Origin: Octopus sinensis
Lineage: Eukaryota
Length of the DNA stretch: 64,000 nucleotides
Direction: 5' to 3'
NCBI RefSeq assembly: GCF_006345805.1
Contig: NC_043014.1
Coordinates: forward strand, 46,438,001-46,502,000
Below the pieces are notes generated by a model, which saw only the letters and a program-made list of their open reading frames with translations, was not told the DNA's origin and did not search any database. Below are positions 1-13,020 of this stretch, piece after piece. Within the stretch, counting starts at the first letter, position 1; the number at the start of each line of letters is the position of its first letter. The position numbers and the translations under genes were made by a program.

Positions 1-782
1 GAACTGCTAAGTTGCAAGGGACATAAACAAACAAACACCGGTTCTCAAGAAGTGGTGGAGGACAAGCACAAAGACACATGCACACGCATGCACACACAAA
101 CACACACGCACACAAACACACACGCACACATACACACACGCACACAAACACACATGTACGACAAGCTTCTTTCAGTTTCTTATTTCTTTACTACCCACAA
201 GGGGCTAAACACAGAGGAGACAAACAAGGACAGACAAAGGGATTAAGTCGATTACATCGACCCCAGTGCATAACTGGTACTTAATTTATTGACCCCGAAA
301 GGATGAAAAGCAAAGTCGACCTCGGTAGAATTTGAACTCAGAACATAAAGACAGATGAAATGCTGTTATGCATTTTGCCAGGCATGCTTATGATTTTTCC
401 GGTTCACCACCTTAAAAATAACAACAACAACAACAAAAACAACAATAATAATAAAATAATGATATTACCAACAACAATTTTTGATATAGTCACAAGACCA
501 GACACTGGGGGCAGGGACATAGATAATTATATCAACTTCAATATTTGACTGTAACTTTATTTTATCAAACGCAGTAGGATAGATGGCAAAGCTGACCTTG
601 ATGAAATATGAAACCATGTGTAAAAAGCTGGACCAAATACTGCAAAGTATAAAGTGTTGTAATTATATACTCCAACCATGTTGTTGGCCTTGCCCTATTA
701 ATTTTTTTGTCATAGACCACTCAATCATAAAGGTGGTAATAAAACATTTTTACCTGTATAACTTAAAGGAATTTCAATGTTA

Positions 783-1349
783 TTGGGTTGTCCGGAAAGT
801 TTGTGCCGATTTATAGCAGCTTACCTTTCGACTTATTTTAGAACGTGGTTGAGTCCATGAAATAGGATTTGATTACACCTCCATTTATAGCACAGTTTAA
901 GAAATTCTTTTTGTGGAAGAAGGTTTATGTTGCTATAACCTGTGTTAATTCTATAACCCTTCAAAATGGAAGATAAGAAAGTTCATTTTCAGCACTTGAT
1001 GCTTTGGGAACCAGACAAAAATTTCTGCAGCTCGGCTGGGATGTGTTACCCCACCTTCCATATTCCCCAGATATTGCTCCTTCGGATTTCCACTTATTCA
1101 GGTCTCTGCAGAATAGTCTTAATGGTAAAAATTTCAATTCCTTGGATGACGTAAATAGATACCTTGATGAATTCTTTGCCATGAAACTACCTCAATTCTG
1201 GGAAGAGGGTATTTTCAAGTTAAAGAAAAGATGGAAACGCATTGTGCAACAAAATGGTTCATATTTGGTTGATTAAAAATGTAATGGCAAGTTTTTATTG
1301 ACCTTTTCCTTTCCTTTAAAAATTGGCACGAACCTTCCGGACAACCCAA
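783..1349 (+). mobile_element. Internally deleted mariner (D,D34D-type) transposon retaining the transposase C-terminus (ORF 1004-1276)
   Basis: About 30-bp TIRs TTGGGTTGTCCGGAA..GTGCC.ATTT, with TA duplications at 781-782 and 1350-1351. The peptide HLPYSPDIAPSDFHLFRSLQN...RWKRIVQQNGSY is the mariner YSPDLAPSD motif. Confidence 0.93.
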
Positions 1350-1484
1350 TACATTTAGAATAGAATAAGATCAATTTTTTTTTCTTTTAAGATTTTATTG
1401 TTGGGGAAGGAGCTGTGATCCCTTGGTAAACCAGAGATAGTGGCATTCTTAATGTTCCTTTTGAATGGTTGCAATTGATGGTGG

Positions 1485-1718
1485 TAGGCGGCGAGCTGGC
1501 AGAAACATTAGCACGCCGGGCGAAATGCGTAGCCGTATTTCATCTGCCGTTACGCTCTGAGTTCAAATTCCGCCGAGGTCGACTTTGCCTTTCATCCTTT
1601 CAGGGTCGATAAATTAAGTACCAGATACGCACTGGGGTCGATGTAATCGACTTAATCTGTTTGTCTGTCCTTGTTTGTCCTCTCCGTGTTTAGCCCTTGT
1701 GGGTAGTAAAGAAATAAG
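1485..1718 (+). mobile_element. tRNA-derived SINE family B (representative). Other copies: 180-410-, 7165-7572-, 11480-11660-, 26037-26455+, 36695-36900+, 38180-38395+, 48115-48708+, 60100-60300-, 62763-63182+
   Basis: GGCGAGCTGGCAGAA head, B-box GAGTTCAAATTCC, and conserved GCCTTTCATCCTTTCGGGGTCGATAAATTAAGTACCAG core. Boundaries approximate. Confidence 0.9.
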
Positions 1719-1849
1719 TTGTAGTTAAAAAACAGGGGCAAGGATGAAATTTAAGAGAGTTGATATTCTGTAGAGTAAGGACACCAGCTCATCATGGTTA
1801 GCATGGGGCCCTATGGAGATGTGTCATGGATATGATATAATAGAGTGAA

Positions 1850-2150
1850 AAGAAGAGGTGACTAAGTTGGATTGCCCAAGTAGACAAGACATGAAACCAT
1901 CCAGCTCCTAGGAGCAGTGGTCACTTTCATAATGATAGACAAGGCAGAGAGATGAGGAAGTGGACATATGTATAATTTTGAGGTTGGGATATGTTAGTAA
2001 ATGATTTCAAGACAATCAGTTGGGTGGCCTTTTTTGGATGCAATCTAGGATATCTAGATGTGTAGCAGCACCATCATTTCATATGAGGGCCTCACCTGAG
2101 TTTTGAAGAGCATGAGGACTAAAAGTATTTTCGGGCCCTGAACAGAACAT
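1850..2150 (-). mobile_element. Decayed non-LTR retrotransposon fragment (post-RT region, CR1/L2/Jockey-like)
   Basis: Minus-strand pieces LFKTQVRPSYE, LDILDCIQK and SSLCLVYHY..CS*EL across frameshifts resemble the post-RT LYKxxVRPxxEY region. Confidence 0.5.
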
Positions 2151-3215
2151 TATCATTCTTTATATTGTAGTGTGTGTGCGTGTGCGGCACGTAAAAAGCA
2201 CCCACTACACTCTCGGAGTGGTTGGCGTTAGGAAGGGCATCCAGCTGTAGAAACTCTGCCAGATCAAGATTGGAGCCTGGTGCAGCCATCTGGTTCACCA
2301 GCCCTCAGTCAAAATCGTCCAACCCATGCTAGCATGGAAAGCGAACGTTAAACGATGATGATGATGATAATGATACATATAAATGAAAAAAGGATGTAGT
2401 CTGCTTGTCAGCTTCTGATCCCTGTAGGTTTAGCTTGCCCCCTAATCAAGATGTTTTAGCATTATGTAGTAATTTTTGTTTTTGTTTCAGTATCACTTAC
2501 TTGCCTGTTGTATTTTCTAACGGAAAAGCTCTCATGGGCCTAGATAAAGAATGCTATTGTTTGAACCTGAGATTACTTTCTAAACTTGTTAATACCTTTT
2601 TTATACTTGTGAAGATGCTTCAGGTAAAAGAACGGTACTATAGAACGGTACTTTTCATTTCATTCTCCATCTGTAAATTATTCCGTTTTATTTTCATTTT
2701 CTGATCTCCCCATTACCCAAAACATCGTAAGCATAAAAATCTATTAGCAAAAGAATGTAGTACTCTATAAATGGATGTAGTCTTTATCCACGCGTTTATA
2801 GAATTACATAATCTTACAAGAGATATTGTTATAGGATCTTAGGTAATGTCTTCAAGCCCTGACTGGAATGTGTTTACTATATCAGCATCAGTAGCAGCTC
2901 AAATAGACTCCTTGTTAAATCTTGGCCCCTTTTTTTACTGGGGATGCTACTTCATTTTTACTCACATTTTTAGATTAATTTCCCCCTTAGTTACCTTTTA
3001 AATGACTTTTCCACATTTAATTAATGTTTTTCTTTCTACCAATGTAGAATACTTAAATTAATGGAATTTAATCTTTTTTAATTATAGTTGAAAACAGTCA
3101 TTATTTAGTATAATGTTTGTTAGGATATATCTATAATTATCTTACTATAATAAAGAAAGCTGCTTATTAATTAGTTATGAGCATATAACTTTTACTGAAA
3201 GAAAATAATTATTAA

Positions 3216-3404
3216 GCCTTTAGCATTCAGATTAGTTCGTCAAATGTAATGCTTAATTTGAATTAATCATGCATCATCTGGTAGCTTGGAGACTTTGATG
3301 ATGTGACTGTTTATTTTTAGAATGACATTGTAGGGTAGGTGTGAGAGATCAGATCTGGCCAGTTTGAACATAAAACAGACAGACTATTTGGGCCAGATAT
3401 AGCC
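3216..3404 (+). mobile_element. Truncated piggyBac-like MITE, family B
   Basis: TTAA followed by gcctttagcattc; body similar to the intact copy at 43198-43419. The right end is replaced by the 20-bp minisatellite. Confidence 0.6.
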
Positions 3405-4115
3405 TTGATGAGTGATTGAGATCCTTGATGAGTGATTGAGATCCTTGATGAGTGATCGAGACCCATGGTGAGTGATCGAGACCCTTGACGAGCGATCGAG
3501 ACCCTTGAAGGGCAATCGAGACCCTTGCCTTGACGAGCAATCAAGACCCTAGAAAGATGATCGAGACCCTTGACGAGTGATCGAGACCCTTGAAGGGTGA
3601 TCGAGACCCTTGATGAGCAATCGGGACCCTTGGCGAGCGATCGAGATCCTTGACAAGTGATCGAAACCCTTGATGAGCAATCGAGACCCTTAGCGAGGGA
3701 TCAAGACCTTTGGCGAGCGATTGAGACCCGTGGCAAGCGATTGAGACCCTTGGCGAGTAGTCGAGACCCTTGGCAAGCGATCGAGATCCTTGATGAGCGA
3801 TCGAGACCCTTGACGAGCGATCGAGACCCTTGACGAGCGATCGAGTCTCTTGACAAGCGATCGAGACCCTTGACAAGCAATCGAGACCCTTGACAAGTGA
3901 TTGAGATCTTTGGCGAGTGGTTGAGACCCTTGGTGAGCGATCGAGACCCTTGACGAGCAATCAAAACCCTTGACAAGTGATCAAAACCCTTCACGAGCGA
4001 TCGAGACCCTTCATGAGCGATCGAGACCCTTGGCGATCGATCGAGATCCTTGATAAGCGATTGAGACCCTTGACGAGCAATCAAGACCTTTGAAGAGTGA
4101 TTGAAACCTTTGGTG
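3405..4115. repeat. Minisatellite, 20-bp unit CCTTGACGAGCGATCGAGAC, about 35 copies
   Basis: Direct inspection. Explains the five overlapping low-complexity ORFs at 3317-4084. Confidence 0.95.
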
Positions 4116-7100
4116 ATTTGCTGTACTTAAGAAGACTCATCAAGCCAAATGAAATCATAGTTGTGGCTGGTGCCAGTGACACGTAAAAGGCACCCACTAT
4201 ACTCATGAATTTGGTAAATGGAAACTGCATGAAACCTGCCATGTATTCATCTGAGTATGTTGATATTCTGCGCTGGTCACTGCTATTGGATCTTCCCTGT
4301 TGGCATTATGACTGGTCACTCCACATTTTGGAAGAAATACTGAATAGAAATCCCTTTCTTGAAAATGCAAGTAAGGGTTGGCAACAGGAAGAGCATCGGA
4401 CTATAAAATTCCGTCTCAAATAGCTCCCCGTTTAACCAACACTGCTAGCCTGGAATAATGGACATTAATCAAATGTGTGTATAAACGTGTATCTCAAAAT
4501 TCAATGTATAATTCAATAAACGGCTAACAATTTTAAGCTAGACAAGACAATACCTCTCTTACCCCTACCCTTTCTTTCTCATCTTTATTACATATGCTAA
4601 ATGCCTGCTAGTACAAACTTAGATAGGCTATGTTATATTTCACATTGGCTAAATGCTACTGCTTCTAGTATTGCTATTACTACTACTGTTCCTATCACTA
4701 TTCTGTTTACTATTGATACTATTATTACCAGCACTTTAATTACTCTAGCAGCAGTCTAGACAATATTAACGAGTACCGCGCTGTTACCTCGTTGTTAGCT
4801 GTTTATAAAATTTACAAGTGTTAAGTTGGGGCGATGTTTTACTTGTCTGCATTCTTTGAACCGTTCATGCCAACCCAGACTCTGGCTAACCTACTTTTTT
4901 CTATGACTATCCAATGGTCAACTGAACTTTCTCCCTATCCAACCTGCAATAAAGCATAAGGCCCTAACACGACTCGCTGTCAGTAGCAATCATCATCATA
5001 TGTCCACTTTCCATGCTGGATTGGGTTGGATGGTTTGGCAAGCGCTGGCAAGGCCAGGATCCCCCACTAGGTTCCATAGTCTGTTTCGGTTTGATTTCAT
5101 TGGATGCCCTTCCTAATGCCAACCACTTCACAGAGTATACTGGGTGCTTTTTACGTGACACCATCACCAGTACTTTTTACATGGCACAAAGATAAAAGGT
5201 CAGTGGAAAAATATTAACATAGGCACAGGAGTGGCTGTGTGGTAAGTAGCTTGCTTACCAACCACATAGTCTCAGGTTCGGTCCCACTGCATGGTACCTT
5301 GGGCAAGTGTCTTCTCTGGGGCCGACCAAAGCCTTGTGAGTGGATTTGGTAGACGGAAACTGAAAGAAGCCTGTCATATATATATATATGTGTGTGTGTG
5401 TTTGTGTGTGTCTGTGTCTGTTCCCTCACATTGCTTGACAACCGATGCTGGTGTGTTTACGTCCCCGTAACTTAGCGGTTCGACAAAAGAGAACAATAGA
5501 ATAAGTCCTGGGGTCGATTTGTTCGACTAAAGGCGATGCTCCAGTGTAGCCGCAGTCAAATGACTGAAACAAATAAAAGAATTAGTTTTTTTTTGTCATT
5601 GTAAATGTGTGTGTGTGCATGTGTGTGTGTGTGTGTGTGTGTGTTATTTGTGACTATTCGTAATTTTGTGTGGCATAGGTTTGTTTGTTCTAGAAATATT
5701 GAACTTTGCTCATTTGGTGAAGAAAAACCCCCCAAAATATTCAATTTATAGAAAAGTAGTTTTCTAAAACAAACAATTACACCGAGAGAAGCAATTCCGA
5801 TCGGCTTCAAAAAAGCCATTAAACACAGCCAAGTAATGTTTCTTGCTAGTGTTCTGCTATGTTTACATGACAGTTATGTGCCTCAAAATAATAAAAATCC
5901 AACATTTCAGCGCCAGCCAAAAATGCTAAAAATGTTTCCATGTTAAGGGAATTTTGCATCAAAGATGAACATCAAATTATGTTCATCTCTCCATTTGGGG
6001 GAAATCCAATCTCAAGAGGCATTTCATGAAAGTTGCTGTGCTGCTGCTGTTGCCGCTGCTGCAGTTACACTTTGACTATGTTGATAACGACCCACCCATG
6101 CCACCCACCCATGCTACCCCTGGTTGTATGATATAACATGCCTGTTTTGATGTTATCTAAATTCAAACCCTTCCATCAAAATGTTATCATCATCATTGCT
6201 TAACGTCTGTTTTCCATGCAAGCACAGGTCGGACGGTTCGACCGGGGTCTGGGAAGCCAGGAGGCTGCACCAGGCTCCAGTCTGATCTGGCAGTGTTTCT
6301 ACAGCTGGATGCCCTTCCTAATGCCAACCACTCCGTGAGTGAAGTGGGTGCTTTTTACATGCCAGGGTAGGCTGGCAGCGGCCACGAATAGTTGGTGCTT
6401 TTTATGTGCCACCGGCACGGAAGCCAGTAAAGGCAGCGCTGGCATCGGCCACGTTGAGATGATGCTTTTTATGTGCCAGGGTAGGCTGGCAACGGCCATG
6501 ATTGGTTGGTACTTTTTACATGCCACCAGTACAGGTGCCAGGGTAGGCTGGCAACGGCCACGAATGGTTGTTGCTTTTTACGTGCCACCGGCACAGATGT
6601 CAGGGGAGTCTGGCGACGGCCACAATCGGTTGGTGCTTTTTACGTGCCATTCCAAGCATCCACTAAAGAACGGCAATTTTATAGAACGGTTATTTTACTA
6701 AATTCTTCATTATCTTCAAAACTGATCGAAACAAGATCAATGTTTCTTAGAGAGGAAATATCGTAAACAAAAGGGTTAATATTGTCTCTTGAAAAAAAAT
6801 GAGGTCAGGGGTAAAAATTTTCCTTTTGTTCAGACATTTTGTTGGTTTCTTTCCAACACCTTTCCCTGGAGGAGTGTCAATATTTTCCTTTGTGATGAAA
6901 AAGAAAATAATTTTTTTTAAAATTACTTCTGAAGGTAAACAAGGTTCCTATGCAGAGTGGCTGGCATCTTTTTGTTAGTAAAGAAATCAATAATTACTCA
7001 TTAAGTTCACCTTGCCAAAATTGGGTAGATGTAAGATATGGTAACATCTTTGTGTACGAAACGTAAACAACAGCTGATTCCCCCTCGTGTCACTTCTCTT

Positions 7101-8093
7101 TATTCAATTTCCTGTAAGTGGAGGGTTTACCCAGTTACACCTTCACCACCATCCTCCTATTTGTTTACTACTCACAAGGGGCTAAACACAGAGGGGACAA
7201 ACAAGGACAGACAAACGGAATAAGTCGATTACATCGATCCCAGTGCGTAACTGGTACTTAATTTATCGACCCCGAAAGGATGAAAGGCAAAGTCGACCTC
7301 AGCGGAATTTGAACTCAGAACGTAACGGCAGATGAAATACCTATTTCTTTACTACCCACAAGGGGCTAAACACAGAGGGGACAAACAAGGACAGACAAAC
7401 GGATTAAGTCGATTACATCGACCCCAGTGTGTAACTGGTACTTAATTTATCGACTCCGAAATGGATGCAAGACAAAGTCGACCTCAGTGGAATTTGAACT
7501 CAGAACGTAACGGCAGATGAAATACGGCTACGCATTTTGCTCGGCGTGCTAACAATTCTGCCAGCTCGCAGCCTTATTTTTTCACCTCCATCCTCCACTT
7601 CCAATTGGGGTAACCCTGTACCTCCCCAATTGTAAGACACTTGTTCCAGTCCCCCTATCACACATTAAACTCTCAACACTTGTCATAAAGTCACTTCTCT
7701 CAATACAGCTCCCCACCCCACTCAGGGTCTTGTCTTGTGAGTTATTAGTAACTTTAGTAGTGCTGGTACCACGTAAAACTCACCCACTACACTCTGTAAA
7801 GTGGTTGGCATTAGGACGGACATCCATCTATCGAATTCACACCAAAGGAGACACTGGCTCACCAGCTCCTGCGGAACTGTTTAACCCTTGCTAGTATGGA
7901 AAATGGTGTGGAGAGGGGAGGCTGGTATGAATGAGTGACTGCTGGTCATCCATAAACATCATTGCCTGACTTATGCTTGGAAGAGTAACTTTCTAGGTGC
8001 AATCCCATGGTCAATCATGACCGAAGTGGGGGGGGGGTTAACTTTTAGGAAGGGCATCCAACTATAGAAACCATGCTGAAACAGACACTAGAG

Positions 8094-8334
8094 CAGCAGT
8101 TTTCAACCAGGGTTCCGCGGAACCTTAGGGTTCCGCCAGTACAGTCCAGATGTTCCGCCAGTACAATCCAGGGGTTCCGCAAGAAGTTACAAAAATGCTA
8201 AAATCGACAGTAATTTTTAATTCTCCTGTGCAGATATGTGTGCATAAGACAATTAAATTATTGCACAGGGGTTCCCCGAGTCAGTGGAATGTTTCCTTGG
8301 GGTTCCGCTCCAGCAAAAAGTTTGAAAAGTACTG
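8094..8334 (+). mobile_element. hAT-type MITE (241 bp)
   Basis: Perfect 8-bp TSD CACTAGAG at 8086-8093 and 8335-8342; imperfect TIR CAG(C/T)A(G/C)TTTT. Inserted within an RTE-like retroposon copy. Confidence 0.85.
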
Positions 8335-10567
8335 CACTAGAGCATGATACACTCCTTTGATCCATCTGATCCTGTGAAACCATCCAGCCCATGCCAGCAT
8401 GGAACACGATGTTAAATGATGACGATAAAGAAGATCATTAAGATAATTATTTATTTAATGAACACATTCAGGGTTTGTTGTTATGTAATTATTTTCTCCT
8501 GATTGTCTAATTCCTTGCAGTGGATAATGCACTCAATGACCTGTTTACTTTTGAACTTTTCTCTTGCCGAAGATCTTTTTTCCCAATGAAAATAGCCACA
8601 GCTTTAATCATTAAAACCGGAAAACTTCAGACAGATCTTACATTTTAAAAATTTATAGCAGTTCTGTATCTTTCCATCCTCTTTTGATTCAGCACAGTGC
8701 AGTTCCATCTCCACGAGATTCAAGTCACTCCACTACATCTTGATTTATTTATACCATCTCAGCAATCTCCTGATGAACATTTCATATTGGCTCTTCAATA
8801 TTCAGGAAGTCTGCAATGCAGTTTGGATTGATTTTTCTCCGGATAATATGCATTGCAGTTGTTTTCATTTGCTGCCATGCGACATTAAAATTTTCAATAG
8901 CATTCATGATATGGCAACCCTGCCAAAACTCTTTTACATTTGGTTTTGTTTCACCATCTGAGAACATAATTACTTAAAAGTGTACTATAAATAGCAGGCT
9001 TTGATAATCCTCTGGTCCACAGTTTGAGTCAAACTAGTTGTGGTTGGAGGCAGAAAAGCTTCTTGTCTGCTTGGTCTTCCAGTTCAGGGGAGAGATCTGG
9101 AGCACAATGCACAAAATGCAAAGGCTTTATTTTCTACATTTTTAGCTCGGTAGTATTCTTTATTAGCTGAGCAGGGATACAAAGTAAACCAATCCTGAGA
9201 AAACTGCTCTGTAGGAGTATCCCTTTATATTTGTTTGTCATACACCAGGAAAATATTAAAATTATCTTTTCATAACCTTATGATGTCTCAGAATGGGCTG
9301 TGTGGTAAGTAGCTTGCTTACGAACCACATGGTTCTGGGTTCAGTCCCACTGCGTGGCATCTTGGGCAAGTGTCTTCTACTATGGCCTCGGGCCGACCAA
9401 AGCCTTGTGAGTGGATTTGGTAGACGGAAACTGAAAGAAGCCCATCATATATATATATATATGTGTGTGTTTGTGTGTCTATGTTTGTCCTCTCAATATT
9501 ACTCGACAACCGATGCTGGTGTGTTTACGTCCCCATAACTTGGCAGTCCGGCAAGAGAGACCGATAGAAAAAGTACTAGGCTTACAAAGAATAAGTCCTG
9601 GGGTCAATTTGCTTGATCGACTAAAGGCGGTGCTCCAGCATGGCTGCAGTCAAATGACTGAAACAAATAAAGGAGTAAAAGAGTAAGTAATGACTTCATC
9701 TTTAGATCTCCTGAAACATTGCCCCCAAATACCAAAGTCATGTGATCTTTGATTGAGACCCAGGTGTACATTTTTCGTCTCCAGAAATGTATCTTCATTT
9801 CGGTATCCATTTTAAAAACAAGTCTTTCTCACCTGCTTTTAAGAATTTGCTGTTTTGTGTATTCTCCTTCATCAATAACAATGTTTTCAGTAAAGCTATG
9901 ACAGCAGTTACTGCTTATTTGTTGTTGCTTTGCAGACTCAGTATCTGCATGTAATGTAGTTTTGAGTAATTCTGAAAGCACTCAAACCAGCTACAACTTT
10001 GAGGTTTTCAATTTTGGCACCAAAATTCTGTATTTTCTTTAGCTCATCAGATATGCTAAAATGTTTCAATTCTATAATCTGTAGCAAAAATTTGACCATT
10101 ATGCTGATGTTTGCAATATGTTTAAAAGTTTTTGTCATATTTTCCATTCTACTGGTTCTGTTCCAAGTTAATTTCGTATCAGCTAAAAGTGCTAACACTT
10201 AGAGCACAAGCTTTAATTTTTTCTTGGCATTATTGCAAATCGTTTTTACACTTGCTGGTTGAAAGCAGAGAACTCTTCCAATACCTACAGCTCACTGTCC
10301 ATCATTGAATCCCTGTCACATTTCTAATTTAGTTTCTAATGTTACACTTTATCAAAGTTCTTTTTCGTTTGTTTGCGTCCAGAGTCATCAGTGGTGTACA
10401 AGCCATCTTTAGTTATCAATGCAGCAGGGATAAATCAAGGAAAAAATATTTGCCACGTGAAAATCATAAAAACCATACAATAACAAAACCTGGCTTGTTT
10501 TGAATTTAGCAAACTTCACAATGGTTTGCTGTTCGGCCACCTGCCCCTATCTACTTTTATATGTTTA

Positions 10568-10958
10568 CTAGCAGTATCGCTCAGCATTGCTTGGGTTTGT
10601 TTCGACCCTTTAGAATTGGAATTTTTGAAAAGTAAAAATTTTGCATTATGTAGCTTGTTATTCTCTTTAAGTGAACATTTTTCTGGTTAAAATACACCGA
10701 AAAATGGTGACACAGCTGTCAAAAAATCGTAAAAAATAAGGATTTTCATAGAAAAAAAATCACCTTTTTGATGTAAATAATTTTTGGTGTTAACATAGTC
10801 CGATTTGAAGTTTTTCTTCTACGGAAGGAAGAGCAAGCCTTCTTCTATCATACTCTCAATTTTGGTCAACTTGCGCTGCAGGGTCTTGGAGGAGATAATG
10901 TTAGTTGAAGGCTACTAAACCTGCCACACACAGACAACTTCAACTTTATATATATAGA
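10568..10958 (-). mobile_element. Non-autonomous Helitron (391 bp)
   Basis: On the minus strand: A|TCTATATATATAAAG ... GCGATACTGCTAG|T, i.e. 5'-TC and CTAG-3' inserted in an AT dinucleotide. The 3' end is shared with the copy at 52084-52479. Confidence 0.8.
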
Positions 10959-12020
10959 TTTGTCCCAATTTTCATTTAAAATCATGATTAATTGGCCAAC
11001 AGAAATGTAAATTGTTACTGGAACATCAAAAAGGCCATATTTTGTGTTCAGGACATCTAAGAAAAATCTAACAGACCCTGCTGTAGAAGGAGTACTACTC
11101 TGTATTTGTTAAATGCAATTTTGGCTTTAGTTTCTGCTATTTTATATTTTGAATATTAATCATTATTTTAATTACTTAACGACCATGTTCCGTACTGGTA
11201 TGGATCAGGCAGTTTGAAAGGATCTGATGGGCCCAAGGACTGCATCATACTTATGTATATATATACGTACGCACATACATAATTACCTGCAAATACAGAG
11301 AGATTTTACTGAGAAATGAGCCCTTAATGCTTGGGAAAGAGCTAAATATCCTTTTCCTCCTCCTCCTCCTCATCATCATCATCATCACCACCACCACCAC
11401 CACCACTATCGCCACCACCACTACCAACACCACCATCGTCATTCTCTCTTCTACAAGTACAAAGCCTGAAATTTTGTGGGAGGAGCCCTGTCAGTTACAA
11501 TGACCCCAGTACTCAATTATTGGTACTTATTTTATTGGACCTTGAAAAGATGAAAGGCAAAATTGACCCCAGCAGAATTTGAACCCAGACAGTAAAGAGC
11601 GGAAGAAATGCTGCTGCTTACCATTTTACCTGACATGCTAACGAATCTGTCAGCTCATTGTTTTGTGATTAACTGTTTCGAATTTTGGCATGAGACCAGC
11701 AGTTTTTGTAGGAGGGAGTTGGTTGATTAAATGAACCCCAAAAAGATGAACAGTAGGGTTTGAACTCAAAATGTAAAGCAGGAAGAAACATCACTAAGCA
11801 TTTTTCTGATGTACTAAGGATTCTGCTAGCTTTCTGCCTTAATAATAACAATAATAATAATAATAATAATGATAATAATAATAATGATAATAATAATAAT
11901 GATAATAATAATAATGATAATAATAATAATGATGATAATAATAATAATGATAATGATAATAATGATAATGATTATAATAATAATGATAATAATAATAATG
12001 ATAATAATAATAATAATAAA

Positions 12021-12470
12021 TGTATCTGTCAAGACCTACCAAAAACTGAGCAAATATAAAGATCTTGAAATAGAAATCAGCAAAATGTGGAACCTGAAGA
12101 CTAAAACAATACCTGTTGTCATAGGTGCCCTGGGAATGATAGCGAAAGGGGCTGATCGCTACCTAACTCAGATACCAGGAAACCCCAAAATGGTAGAAAT
12201 TCAAAAGATAGTGCTCATGGGAACTGCTCATATCCTTCGCAAAATACTTTCTATGTAATCTCAAGGTTTAAAACAAACACAACTTTCTTTTTTTTTCTTT
12301 TCTTATCTTTTTTTTTTTAGGCATTCACTAGTACAACACTAAATACAAGACCGAATATATGGCACACTAGGCATAACAACAATACGAACTTCCAACCTGT
12401 TGCCTCTTGAGCCCTCTGGGTGAGACTTGGAGCCAACTTGTACAAATATAAAGCAAAAGTCAAACATAGA
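12021..12470 (+). mobile_element. 5'-truncated R4/Dong-clade non-LTR retrotransposon (RLE endonuclease C-terminus plus 3' UTR) within (TAA)n
   Basis: Peptide KLSKYKDLEIEISKMWNLKTKTIPVVIGALG...IQKIVLMGTAHILRKILSM* (stop at 12256-12258), typical of R4/Dong RLE tails. (TAA)n on both sides. Confidence 0.85.
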
Positions 12471-12790
12471 ATAATAATAATAATAATAGATATGTCCTGC
12501 ATTATGATGATGTAACTTCGTTGTCTGTGTGACTAGCCTAAACAGCGTACCTCACTGACCACCACTACTTACTAAGTCTGAGGTAACTCCTCCAGAAGAT
12601 GGCGCTCTTCTTTTAATTTTGACTCTGTATCTTTTGGAGGAGTTACCTCAATCCTTTCTATATTAACCAAAATGAAGTAGATTGACAAAATTATTTTTTG
12701 AATCAGTTGAAGACACACAAGATGTTGAAATATTGTTCACCAGATAACAATGACACTATTCTTTTAATTTTGACTAATAATAATGATAAC

Positions 12791-12822
<32 letters not shown>

Positions 12823-12888
12823 TAACAATAATAATAATAATAATAATAATGATAATAATAAATTTTCTCTTTTCTCTTTTCTCTTCAG

Positions 12889-13020
12889 GTGCGACTGGAC
12901 ACTTTTTAAAAGCTGTTCTTGCAATAAGCTCTATAATATTTTTATCCCAGTCAATATTCCACATTGTATTAGTTAGTATTGCTACACCAACTGAACCCTA
13001 TGGCTCCATATTTGGTAACT
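12889..13020 (+). CDS. PIEZO: Piezo exon (first seen in window), phase 1-1: GATGHFLKAVLAISSIIFLSQSIFHIVLVSIATPTEPYGSIFGN(C)
   Basis: Pyrimidine tract ending ttctcttcAG, and donor t|GTAAGT. The hydrophobic helix resembles the Piezo1 GHTGRLLRALLGLSLLFLVAHLALQI region. Splices in frame to the exon at 16802. Confidence 0.88.

Noticed and set aside
3317-4084. Overlapping ORFs with SRVSIARQG/KGLDRS repeats
   Set aside because: Products of the 20-bp minisatellite.
3405-4115. CRISPR-like regular repeats (also 28290-28803, 39105-39974)
   Set aside because: Head-to-tail units with no unique spacers, eukaryotic context, no cas genes.
4756-4795. Hairpin plus CTAG resembling a Helitron 3' end on the minus strand
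   Set aside because: The flanking base is non-canonical and no 5' TC end was identified.
11760-12059. Poly-N/I/Y, HT- and CV-repeat ORFs here and throughout (e.g. 14722-15278, 34936-35429, 38321-38710)
   Set aside because: Translations of (TAA)n, (CA)n and (TA)n microsatellites.
1-12888. Search for Piezo start exons (M...LLP..L.ACxFR.N..S.VY)
   Set aside because: No matching spliced segment recognised; probably upstream of the window.
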